IMG/VR virus record: IMGVR_UViG_3300027608_000011
DNA length: 64,000 nucleotides
Strand: one strand, 5' to 3'
Origin: a virus
Taxonomy: Duplodnaviria > Heunggongvirae > Uroviricota > Caudoviricetes
Shown here: in pieces, positions 47,264-55,054 of the stretch
Position numbering within the stretch: position 1 is the stretch's first letter
Layout of the letters: every line of letters begins with the position of its first letter
The notes under the pieces: generated by a model
What the model was told of the DNA's origin: nothing
Seen by the model: the letters and a program-made list of their open reading frames with translations, nothing else
Databases searched by the model: none
Made by a program: the position numbers and the translations under genes

Positions 47264-47659
47264 ATGTCGATGCATATCGAAGGGCCATGGCTTAGTACTA
47301 CTGGTAAGCGTAAAGGCAAACTAAAGTTTAAGTCAGCCGCAGAGGCACAACGTGCTAGGGAATTAGACGCAAGCTGGAAAGAATTGCTTAAACGTCAAGG
47401 TCTTGAGCTTGAAGAACGGAAGCGCAAGCAGGCAATGAGTGCAGAACCATTGGCTGGTAATTATTCATTAGCTATTCCAGAAGGCCGAAGCACTAGTCAT
47501 ATTAAAAGTCTAGGACAGGACAACGGTGTTGCAACCTTGGCTCCAGCCAAAGTGTATACCGGCACTAAAGTTAAAGGCATTGCTACTATGCACAAGTCTA
47601 ATGCGGTGCCTGTGTTTAGCGACGAAGAAGCCATAGATATTAGTAGGATGCGTAGGTAA
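47264..47659 (+). CDS. Conserved T4-like phage hypothetical protein
   Basis: C-terminal YTGT.VKGIATMHKSNAVPVF...A.DIS.MRR. Confidence 0.85.
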   Translation: MSMHIEGPWLSTTGKRKGKLKFKSAAEAQRARELDASWKELLKRQGLELEERKRKQAMSAEPLAGNYSLAIPEGRSTSHIKSLGQDNGVATLAPAKVYTGTKVKGIATMHKSNAVPVFSDEEAIDISRMRR

Positions 47660-47682
47660 ATAATTTAACTAAGGAGTCTATT

Positions 47683-47841
47683 ATGGATGAAAAGTCTTGC
47701 CCGTTGGAGCATACAGAACATGCTCGACATTGTTCTCTACTAGATGGCCACAAAACAGAAAACAGCGTATGCCAATACAAAGATGAATGTAAGCAGATGT
47801 ACGCATCATTAAAAAATACACCACTAGAGGAAGTATTATGA
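47683..47841 (+). CDS. Unannotated 52-aa Cys/His-rich protein
   Basis: RBS AAGGAG, TAAATA at 47657-47662; MDEKSCPLEHTEHARHCSLLDGHKTENSVCQYKDECKQMYASLKNTPLEEVL; stop overlaps the next ATG. Confidence 0.7.
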   Translation: MDEKSCPLEHTEHARHCSLLDGHKTENSVCQYKDECKQMYASLKNTPLEEVL

Positions 47842-48131
47842 AAAAACTTATTTTAGTGTTAGCTGTATTGGCATTAACCGGATGTTCAACCAGACAAATG
47901 GGGCCAGCATTAGTGGGCGGCGTAATTGGTTATGCTATTGCTAAAGACGCTGAGCCTAAAACTGTAGTAATTAGACAACCGGTTATTGTTCATAGTGTCC
48001 CAGTATCCAATGGTAGGCCAGAATTTTCACATTGTGTAGGATATCCGCTAGGAAGAGATCGAGACGCTTGTAATCGCGGTGCTATGGACAGGGCATCGGA
48101 CGATGCTTATCGTTATGGTCGTTACAGATAA
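47838..48131 (+). CDS. Lipoprotein with glycine-zipper segment
   Basis: Lipobox LTGC, GPALVGGVIGYAIA. Confidence 0.8.
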   Translation: MKKLILVLAVLALTGCSTRQMGPALVGGVIGYAIAKDAEPKTVVIRQPVIVHSVPVSNGRPEFSHCVGYPLGRDRDACNRGAMDRASDDAYRYGRYR

Positions 48132-48772
48132 CTTGTAAAAATACTAAGCCCTATTTTACTTTGGGCTCCGGCTTCTAAAAAATTAGTAGACACATGAAGG
48201 TGTTTGCGGTCAAAAACAATAATGTCTCCGGGAATCCATTCGCATCTGTTTAACACAGACATCCCTTCAAAGTTACTTCGGTCTAAATGATTGCATTCAG
48301 TAACTAACGTCTCGTCGAATCCTTGTACAAGGCCACAGACCTCAGCATAGTCGTCCACTATTTTATTAAATTCTTCTTTTACGCCCGGTGTTCCTTTAAC
48401 AAAGAAACTTGCGGCGCCGTCCCATTTTTGATTTAGTATGTATAATGCATTTTTAGAAGAATCATACGTAGGCGTTGTAAAAACTTTAAGGGGTATTACA
48501 AATGTTTTATAAGGACGTGGATCAGGTATGCCTGTATCTGTATGGATTCTGTATGGTACATTGGTAGTAAAGAAATTACCGCTGGTAATTTCCCAAGTGC
48601 CTTTGCCTAACTCGTTGTCAATTATAGGTGTTATAATATCTATAACTATTGGAGTTAAATTGGAAAAATGACGTCCTGAAAATTTAGCATACTCGTTTAG
48701 GTCTAGTTGATGTTCATTCATTAACTTAGTTCTGCTCCATAGGTCTAATGCTTTTTTTAATACGTATGCCAT
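48122..48772 (-). CDS. Fe/2OG oxygenase-like (cupin) protein
   Basis: IHTD, FVIPL, WIPGDIIVFDRKHLH, KIGLS. Confidence 0.7.
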   Translation of the reverse strand: MAYVLKKALDLWSRTKLMNEHQLDLNEYAKFSGRHFSNLTPIVIDIITPIIDNELGKGTWEITSGNFFTTNVPYRIHTDTGIPDPRPYKTFVIPLKVFTTPTYDSSKNALYILNQKWDGAASFFVKGTPGVKEEFNKIVDDYAEVCGLVQGFDETLVTECNHLDRSNFEGMSVLNRCEWIPGDIIVFDRKHLHVSTNFLEAGAQSKIGLSIFTSYL

Positions 48773-49407
48773 TACTTTGAACCCGGATCTTTTTTACCTA
48801 ATATACGAAACGCCCACTCTCGTTCTGCACACTGAAAACATTGTCCACATCTTCCTATTTGCATTTCGGTACAGCTATGACTAAGCTCTAGCAATTTTTC
48901 TTGTCCAAATTGATAGTACAGATCTAAGGTATGTGTTTTATATAAGTCGACGAATGGCACCTGAGCACGTTTGTACTTGTTATGTGAGGGTCGCTCTGGG
49001 TATAATCCCGGCATCGGAAACTCTTCTGGCGGCGTTTGTTGGCTTCCGTAGAAAATGTAATCTACTATTCCGTTGTCTAGCATTGCCATAGTACCAGTTT
49101 CAACTTGCTTACTGTGATGTACTGTTGGGTCACCTACCGATAAAGGAACTGGTAACTTTAAATTTAACCGTTGATTAACGTATTCAACAATGTCTGGACT
49201 ATACAAGTACGCACCGTCTGTTCTTGGTACTGTAAATGGTATCAATTCTGCAGGATTAGGGCGTTGTTTGTTTAATAACGCTACAATATATAACAATATT
49301 GCACTATCTGCGCCGCCACTTACTGTTATGCCTACTTTTTTAGGCCAGTCTGGTATGTATATATTAAATCTTCGTATGTCGTTTTTTGGTCCACAAATTA
49401 TTAACAT
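48772..49407 (-). CDS. QueC-like PP-loop ATPase
   Basis: VSGGADSA, PF..L.K, HSC-x7-CGQCFQCAER zinc motif; start at the ATG overlapping the upstream TGA. Confidence 0.75.
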   Translation of the reverse strand: MLIICGPKNDIRRFNIYIPDWPKKVGITVSGGADSAILLYIVALLNKQRPNPAELIPFTVPRTDGAYLYSPDIVEYVNQRLNLKLPVPLSVGDPTVHHSKQVETGTMAMLDNGIVDYIFYGSQQTPPEEFPMPGLYPERPSHNKYKRAQVPFVDLYKTHTLDLYYQFGQEKLLELSHSCTEMQIGRCGQCFQCAEREWAFRILGKKDPGSK

Positions 49408-50111
49408 CAGTGTCGGTGTTGCAAATGGGCAATCACTTTGCTGACATTTGTAACTGTAAATGGAATATTCATAATTAAGTGGATGCTGTCGTCTGTCCAA
49501 CTTATTGTTCTATGAGTCTTTTTTGTATTTACGTAATACACGCGGCCTTGTTCTATATTAATCTTTTTATCATCCATCCACCAATCATATTGATAAGGCG
49601 CGGCGTTTTTAATAAAACAAGCCAGTCTAAATTCTCTACGTGGGAATCCTGGACTGTCCCTGTGGGGAACAAAGTATCCGCCGGTATTACACTTTACAAA
49701 AAAACTGCGGCCTACTGGAGCAAATTCTTGGAACAATGGATGCAAACTTGCACAGGCATCATATAGTGGTGTTAGTTTAGTAAATGCGCTATCACCCACC
49801 GGCTTGCCTAATGCTTGTGCGGCTTCCGGCAGGCTAGGCAAACTACGATGGTCCCACCCTTCTATATCCAGTGTGGTAAGACTAAGTCCTAATCGGTTGT
49901 TTGGTCTATCCGTCCTAGGAAGATAGTCAACCCAGTCATTGGTAAACACGGACAATTCTTGTTCGAGTTGTGCCGTGTTTACCAAAAAGTCCAGCGGTTC
50001 AAAGTCGCCGATCCCTAATAATGTAGTCTCCGCTACCAGTTTATCAAAATTACTAATAGCTGGATCAACTGTACTTCGACTGTGACTTATGCCTTGCCCA
50101 TTTACCGTCAT
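49407..50111 (-). CDS. Aspartyl/asparaginyl beta-hydroxylase-like Fe/2OG oxygenase
   Basis: GGYFVPHRD, GRVYYVNTKKTH, IHLIMN. Confidence 0.8.
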   Translation of the reverse strand: MTVNGQGISHSRSTVDPAISNFDKLVAETTLLGIGDFEPLDFLVNTAQLEQELSVFTNDWVDYLPRTDRPNNRLGLSLTTLDIEGWDHRSLPSLPEAAQALGKPVGDSAFTKLTPLYDACASLHPLFQEFAPVGRSFFVKCNTGGYFVPHRDSPGFPRREFRLACFIKNAAPYQYDWWMDDKKINIEQGRVYYVNTKKTHRTISWTDDSIHLIMNIPFTVTNVSKVIAHLQHRH

Positions 50112-50647
50112 GCGGCCTGCACTAACTCATCGGGCCATTGGATGTATTCTTTCCATGCTTCGTCCCTGATGTGAATTATTTGTTTACGAGCAAGTTTTGC
50201 CATTTCCCAATATGTGGGTGTACGTGGCTTTATCATTGGTTCCAGCGGGTCGGTACCTTTAATAAAGTTGCAAGTACGACATGCAGTAACAATGTTATCC
50301 CATGTTGTTTCGCCACCTTGGCTACGTGGAACTACATGGTCAAATGTCAAGTCGTCCACATGAAATGCTTCTCCACAGTATTGACACTTGTGGCCGTCAC
50401 GTAAATAAACCATTCGCCTGTTGAATGCTACACCAAAGCTAGGGTTTATCCATTTAGTAGCCACAATGATGCTGGGTACTTTCATAGTTACATATTGACT
50501 GTGAACTTCCCAATCTGTGTATTCTTTAATTATTGTTGCCTTGTCGGCAAAGACTGCCTTAACAGCAGTTTGCCAGTCGACTGTGCTTAAAGGCAATAGA
50601 CATAATGGGTTGTAGTCTGCGTTTAGAACTAGTGTGTCGTTGCTCAT
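50108..50647 (-). CDS. HNH endonuclease (McrA-like)
   Basis: LVLNADY.PL, RDGHKCQYCG, TFDHVVPRSQGG.TTWDNIVTAC..CN..KG. Confidence 0.93.
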   Translation of the reverse strand: MSNDTLVLNADYNPLCLLPLSTVDWQTAVKAVFADKATIIKEYTDWEVHSQYVTMKVPSIIVATKWINPSFGVAFNRRMVYLRDGHKCQYCGEAFHVDDLTFDHVVPRSQGGETTWDNIVTACRTCNFIKGTDPLEPMIKPRTPTYWEMAKLARKQIIHIRDEAWKEYIQWPDELVQAA

Positions 50648-50686
50648 GATTATATATTTAAGTTGCAATTCAGTTATTGAATAGCC

Positions 50687-50715
50687 ATTATAGCATAGTA
50701 GTCATTAGAAGTCTA
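50687..50715 (-). promoter_or_regulatory. sigma70-type promoter for the HNH operon
   Basis: Minus strand TAGACT-17nt-TATAAT with TG extension; also TAAATA at 50655-50660. Confidence 0.6.
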
Positions 50716-50746
50716 TTTGTGTTATTACCGTTTTATAAATATTTGC

Positions 50747-50938
50747 ATGTTAGAAAAAGTAGCCGATACCGAAAAATCTAGAAGGCTGGCCGTTTGCAGT
50801 AAATGCGAACATTTATTTGCGCCCACAATGTCCTGTACCAAATGCGGATGTTTTTTAGCAGTTAAAGCATCGTTCAAAATTTTTAAATGCCCCATGGGGA
50901 AATGGGCCGTAAATTTGATTGACAATAAATCCAATTAA
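50747..50938 (+). CDS. Small Cys-rich (zinc-finger-like) protein
   Basis: RL.VC..C, C..CGCF..VK, CP.GKW; TATAAATA at 50734-50741. Confidence 0.8.
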   Translation: MLEKVADTEKSRRLAVCSKCEHLFAPTMSCTKCGCFLAVKASFKIFKCPMGKWAVNLIDNKSN

Positions 50939-50947
50939 TTGTATAAT
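50919..50947 (+). promoter_or_regulatory. Early promoter cassette copy 3
   Basis: TTGACAATAAATCCAATTAATTGTATAAT followed by AGTGGCATAGTAAC. Confidence 0.95.
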
Positions 50948-50974
50948 AGTGGCATAGTAACAAAAAAGGCTCGT

Positions 50975-51256
50975 ATGCAATTTAACTCTGCCCCTAGTAA
51001 TACTTTATATGTAAAAGTAAACTTTAAGCGTCAGCCTTACTCAAATAATATAACTGCAATTCGCGTTGTAGCACATATATATTCAGATTTTGTGTCAAAC
51101 AAAGCTCTATTTTTAATAGACATGTGCCCAGATAATACTAACATATTACAAGTAGAAGATGTTGTAAAAACGCTACAAAAACAAGCAAATTCCTTAAACG
51201 TAAGTGTTACAATAGCAAAACCCGTATACAAAAGACTAGTAGAGAATGTTGCGTAA
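50975..51256 (+). CDS. Early hypothetical protein
   Basis: ATG after cassette RBS AAGG. Confidence 0.7.
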   Translation: MQFNSAPSNTLYVKVNFKRQPYSNNITAIRVVAHIYSDFVSNKALFLIDMCPDNTNILQVEDVVKTLQKQANSLNVSVTIAKPVYKRLVENVA

Positions 51257-51265
51257 AAACAACAG

Positions 51266-51317
51266 TTGACAATAAATCCAATTAATTGTATAATAGTGGC
51301 ATAGTAAGTAAAAAGGA
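51266..51317 (+). promoter_or_regulatory. Early promoter cassette copy 4
   Basis: 51/52 identical to 7078-7129. Confidence 0.95.
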
Positions 51318-51323
51318 AACGCA

Positions 51324-51581
51324 ATGAAAGCACTTCAGACATATATCGACAAGCAGAATAAGTGGAACGCTATCTTCAAAGGTAGTCAATATGAAATCAA
51401 AACTGCTAAAGGTCGGCAGGAAGTTGCCAACCGTATAGACTCGGATCTTAGTCCAGAGAATCTGTCATGCGACGGTGAACTGCCCCGTAGTCAGGTTCAA
51501 GCTAAGTATCGTTCATTGACTGCCGCGGCACGTGACTTGCAGAAGTTGGATCCTTCAGTTAAATTTTACGAATTTGCATAA
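51324..51581 (+). CDS. Early conserved phage hypothetical protein
   Basis: LSPENLSCDGE motif; RBS AAGGA. Confidence 0.85.
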   Translation: MKALQTYIDKQNKWNAIFKGSQYEIKTAKGRQEVANRIDSDLSPENLSCDGELPRSQVQAKYRSLTAAARDLQKLDPSVKFYEFA

Positions 51582-51590
51582 GAGTAAATC

Positions 51591-51809
51591 ATGGAAAAAC
51601 TTTTTGTTGTGTTTGGTACAATTGCTTTCGGTGTTGCTGGCCTGCTGTTACTCAGTTTCTTACTGAGCTGGCCAGTATACATGCTTTGGAACGGTTGTCT
51701 GGTTGGTGCAGTGACAGGCGTAGTCGAAGTGACTTGGTTGCAAGCCTGGGGTATCACTGTACTGTGTGGCTTCCTGTTTAAATCAACCGCTAAGTCAAAT
51801 GGAAATTAA
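51591..51809 (+). CDS. Small membrane protein
   Basis: Two hydrophobic segments; LWN...VTWLQAWG...LC..LFK. Confidence 0.8.
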   Translation: MEKLFVVFGTIAFGVAGLLLLSFLLSWPVYMLWNGCLVGAVTGVVEVTWLQAWGITVLCGFLFKSTAKSNGN

Positions 51810-52089
51810 TAGAAACAAGTTTGGGTTCCTGGGTTGGAACAATAGCCCTGGGCACGACAAGATATGGGGCTTTATAGAAACAAGTCAGGGCGTGTTTGGA
51901 TTCTGGGGTCGTCGTAAAGGCAAATTGTCTTTCAAAGAATACCCTAGTATCTGGGACGCTCATGACATTGCGAACCAAAAAGAGCGCAAGGGCTATCGTG
52001 GCACTGACGTAAGTGTTCTACCCACTGACTTTGAAGGACAATTAATGTTTGCTTGTTTGGGTATGGTTAAGTTTGGTATTGACAAATAA
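51799..52089 (+). CDS. WGR-like domain protein
   Basis: HDKIWG, FWGRR, K.RKGY motifs. Confidence 0.65.
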   Translation: MEINRNKFGFLGWNNSPGHDKIWGFIETSQGVFGFWGRRKGKLSFKEYPSIWDAHDIANQKERKGYRGTDVSVLPTDFEGQLMFACLGMVKFGIDK

Positions 52090-52107
52090 TCCAATTAATT
52101 GTATAAT
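52079..52107 (+). promoter_or_regulatory. Early promoter cassette copy 5 (variant)
   Basis: TTGACAAATAATCCAATTAATTGTATAAT. Confidence 0.92.
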
Positions 52108-52137
52108 ACTTGTATAGTAACTAAAAAGGACTTGAAA

Positions 52138-52464
52138 ATGATTGCACTAGATAACATCGAATCCATTCATAATACCGCGGTTTCGGCCGCTCAGAAGGCG
52201 GAAGCAGACTTTATTGCCCGACACGGCGAGCCAGGTTACTGTGGTTTTGCTTGGGTACATGTCAGCGAAAAAGCATCAACCAAATTGGGTCGTGCGCTGA
52301 AAACTGTGGGCTTCAAGCCTGCATATGGTGGCGGACTTCAACTTTGGAACCCCGGTGGCTCATTTACTCAGAGCATGGACATCAAAGAAACAGGTGCCCA
52401 GGCCTATGCCGATACATTGAGGGCATTTGGTATTACTGCATACATGAGTTCGAGGGCAGACTAA
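52138..52464 (+). CDS. Early conserved phage hypothetical protein
   Basis: CGFAWV, QSMDIKE.GA.AYA..L motif; RBS AAGGA. Confidence 0.85.
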   Translation: MIALDNIESIHNTAVSAAQKAEADFIARHGEPGYCGFAWVHVSEKASTKLGRALKTVGFKPAYGGGLQLWNPGGSFTQSMDIKETGAQAYADTLRAFGITAYMSSRAD

Positions 52465-52465
52465 T

Positions 52466-52720
52466 ATGAGAGACCAATCAGTAGAGGATAAAGTTATGCT
52501 GGCGCTTAAAGGCTACGAGTGGGTTAGAGAAAATCATGGCAGTTTGTTTGACCGTGGTGCCGCGGACAGTTATTATTCACGCAAACCCGACCCACATTAT
52601 GGAGGTGTCGGGGGAGAAAGTGGCAAGCGGCATGACGTGTTATCCTCCAAAGAGATTAAAGAATACATGGCAGGATTTGAGTACAACGAAGCATCCGGCG
52701 ACAAAAAATATTATAATTAA
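52466..52720 (+). CDS. Early conserved phage hypothetical protein
   Basis: HGS.FDRGAADSYY.R..DPHY, EY.AG..YNE..GDKK. Confidence 0.85.
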   Translation: MRDQSVEDKVMLALKGYEWVRENHGSLFDRGAADSYYSRKPDPHYGGVGGESGKRHDVLSSKEIKEYMAGFEYNEASGDKKYYN

Positions 52721-52721
52721 T

Positions 52722-54026
52722 ATGAAAAAACCATTCGAAGTAATCGACGCCCTTGAGGCTGACAATAGTAGACTTGCTAAAGAAGCAATCTTTAAGGCAG
52801 AGTCTGATGCAGGAAACGATATCTTTTTTGAAGGATGTGGCCTTGCACTTAATAGTTTAATTACCTTTGGACTTAAAAAGGTACCTATCCATGGCGGGCC
52901 AGACGGGCAAGGGTTGCCATGGGAGGCGTTTGTTGAACTCACTGAACAATTACGCAGTCGTGCATTGACTGGAAATGATGCACGAGCGGCCGTTGAGTTG
53001 TGTCTTAGTTCTGCTAAACAACAAGAATGGAACAGTTGGTATCGACGTATCCTTATTAAGGACCTGCGTTGCGGTGCCAGTGAAAAAACTATCAACAATA
53101 GTGTAGCAAAGAAATACAAGGTGCCAGTGTTCACTTGTCAACTTGCACACGATAGTACTAACCACGAAAGCAAAGTATGTGGACAAAAACTAATCGAAGT
53201 CAAACTGGATGGCGTCCGAGTATTAACGATAGTGTATCCGGACGGGCAAGTGGATCAGTTCAGCCGCAATGGCAAGGAATTGCTGAACTTTGGTCACATC
53301 AAAAGCCAATTCGAAAAAACAGTTACTGGCTTGACGGAGCCAGTGGTCTTCGACGGCGAAGTGATGTCAAGTAGTTTCCAAGACTTAATGAAACAAGTAC
53401 ACCGCAAAGATAATGTAGAAGCCAGCGACGCGGTACTGCACTTGTTTGACTTCATCCCTCTCAAAGACTTCCAAAAAGGTATGTGGGATCGTAAACAAAT
53501 TGACCGTAGCGAAAAACTAAAAGCATGGAAAGATTTGTGGACGGCCGAAACTCCTAACGTTGATATCGTTGGACAGGAATTAGTTGACTTGGATTCAAGT
53601 GTGGGCCAGGCTCGTTATACTGAAATTAATGCTCAGGCTATTAAAGGTGGCTATGAAGGTATTATGCTTAAAGATGTTAACGCACCTTATGAATGTAAAC
53701 GTAGTGTGGCGTGGCTTAAACTTAAACCTTTCATTGAAGTCAGCTTAAATGTTGTAGGAGTCGAGGAAGGCACTGGCCGCAACGAAGGCAGGCTAGGTGC
53801 AATTATTTGTGAAGGTCTAGATGATGGGAAAAATATATCTGTTAACGTTGGTAGCGGTTTTAGCGATAACAACCGTGATGACTATTGGAATAGTAAATCT
53901 AAACTTTTCGGACAAATTGTTGAAGTACGTGCAGATGCAGTTACACAAAATCAGGACGGCACGTATAGTTTGCGCTTTCCTAGGTTCCTACGATTCCGAG
54001 GCTTCGAAGTCGGCGAAAAACTTTAA
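52722..54026 (+). CDS. lig: ATP-dependent DNA ligase
   Basis: EVKLDGVR (motif I), VFDGE, EGIMLK, WLKLKP, VGSGF, SLRFPRF. Confidence 0.96.
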   Translation: MKKPFEVIDALEADNSRLAKEAIFKAESDAGNDIFFEGCGLALNSLITFGLKKVPIHGGPDGQGLPWEAFVELTEQLRSRALTGNDARAAVELCLSSAKQQEWNSWYRRILIKDLRCGASEKTINNSVAKKYKVPVFTCQLAHDSTNHESKVCGQKLIEVKLDGVRVLTIVYPDGQVDQFSRNGKELLNFGHIKSQFEKTVTGLTEPVVFDGEVMSSSFQDLMKQVHRKDNVEASDAVLHLFDFIPLKDFQKGMWDRKQIDRSEKLKAWKDLWTAETPNVDIVGQELVDLDSSVGQARYTEINAQAIKGGYEGIMLKDVNAPYECKRSVAWLKLKPFIEVSLNVVGVEEGTGRNEGRLGAIICEGLDDGKNISVNVGSGFSDNNRDDYWNSKSKLFGQIVEVRADAVTQNQDGTYSLRFPRFLRFRGFEVGEKL

Positions 54027-54034
54027 GGAGTAAT

Positions 54035-54340
54035 ATGAAAAATTGGTTACGACATAAATTGCATAATTTTATCTTTCCACAAGATTGTGTAGAGTCAAAA
54101 GTATCAAACAGCCTTAGTACTAGTATAGGCGGACGGCATCACAAAACATTAAGTAGTGAAACCGAACCATTGAGATTTTCAGTGTATAATGCTTCGGGAG
54201 GCAAAATTGTTGAAATTAGTCACTACGATCAAAAACGCGATCGCCACGACACCAACCTACATATTATTGGCAGTGATGAGGACTTTGGAGAAAGCATTGG
54301 AAAAATTGCATTCATCGAACTTCTTAAGAAAGGCCACTAG
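54035..54340 (+). CDS. Conserved hypothetical protein
   Basis: RBS AAGGAG; F.VYNASGGKIVE...YD...DR motif. Confidence 0.8.
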   Translation: MKNWLRHKLHNFIFPQDCVESKVSNSLSTSIGGRHHKTLSSETEPLRFSVYNASGGKIVEISHYDQKRDRHDTNLHIIGSDEDFGESIGKIAFIELLKKGH

Positions 54341-54341
54341 T

Positions 54342-54575
54342 ATGCTTACTGAACGAGAAATAGGTTCTATACTGGCCGCGCAGTTAGTGAGCTTATCCAA
54401 AGATCGAACGTACAGTTACATCAGTAACACACCGTCTTATTCTCATTTGGAAGAGCCGGGCAAAAAGATCATGGCTGAACTTGTTGACATGTTGTTTGTC
54501 AAGGCAGTTGAAGCTGAAAAGAAACGTAGGCAAGATGAAGCTGAACAACTTGTTATGGAAAATCTTAAGAACTAA
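54342..54575 (+). CDS. Hypothetical protein
   Basis: ATG one base after the upstream stop; 77 aa. Confidence 0.7.
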   Translation: MLTEREIGSILAAQLVSLSKDRTYSYISNTPSYSHLEEPGKKIMAELVDMLFVKAVEAEKKRRQDEAEQLVMENLKN

Positions 54576-55054
54576 GTTAGAGAAACTAACTCTAATGCGG
54601 AGTCACTGGTAAGTCTGCTAACAACATCAGCGATTGGAATTTTGAACTTGATGCTGGCATATACCATACCTTTATTTCTAACATCCCATAATAGCGGAGA
54701 CGTTTGTAAGTCGACGAGATATACATTATCTTTAGTTAACGACACACGGGCTCCGTCTTTGTTACAATAATATTGTTCGCCAGAGGTAAGTAGATTCATA
54801 ATCATACAAGTGAACCATTGGCTTTTTCCGTAATGTTCTTTTAATGTGGGACCGTACATGCTGTAACTGGGCTCTATTGCAATATCAGCTACACTAGAAG
54901 GTATGCATTTCAGAAACTCTTGTTTGTGTTCTCCAATTGGAGTTACAGATTTTTTATGTTGGGCTATATGTATTCTGTCCCAATTTATCCATTTTAAATT
55001 TTGTTCTTCCCATCTATTGGGAAACTTAATTCCCTTTAATTCATAAATGGTCAT
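54572..55054 (-). CDS. Hypothetical protein
   Basis: ATG overlaps the gp5 stop (ATGA). Confidence 0.65.
   Translation of the reverse strand: MTIYELKGIKFPNRWEEQNLKWINWDRIHIAQHKKSVTPIGEHKQEFLKCIPSSVADIAIEPSYSMYGPTLKEHYGKSQWFTCMIMNLLTSGEQYYCNKDGARVSLTKDNVYLVDLQTSPLLWDVRNKGMVYASIKFKIPIADVVSRLTSDSALELVSLT

Noticed and set aside
50939-52721. Track starts at 50939, 52099 and 52536 (also 5401, 1691, 47231)
   Set aside because: They begin inside promoter boxes or the upstream gene; downstream ATGs with better RBS or operon spacing were used instead.
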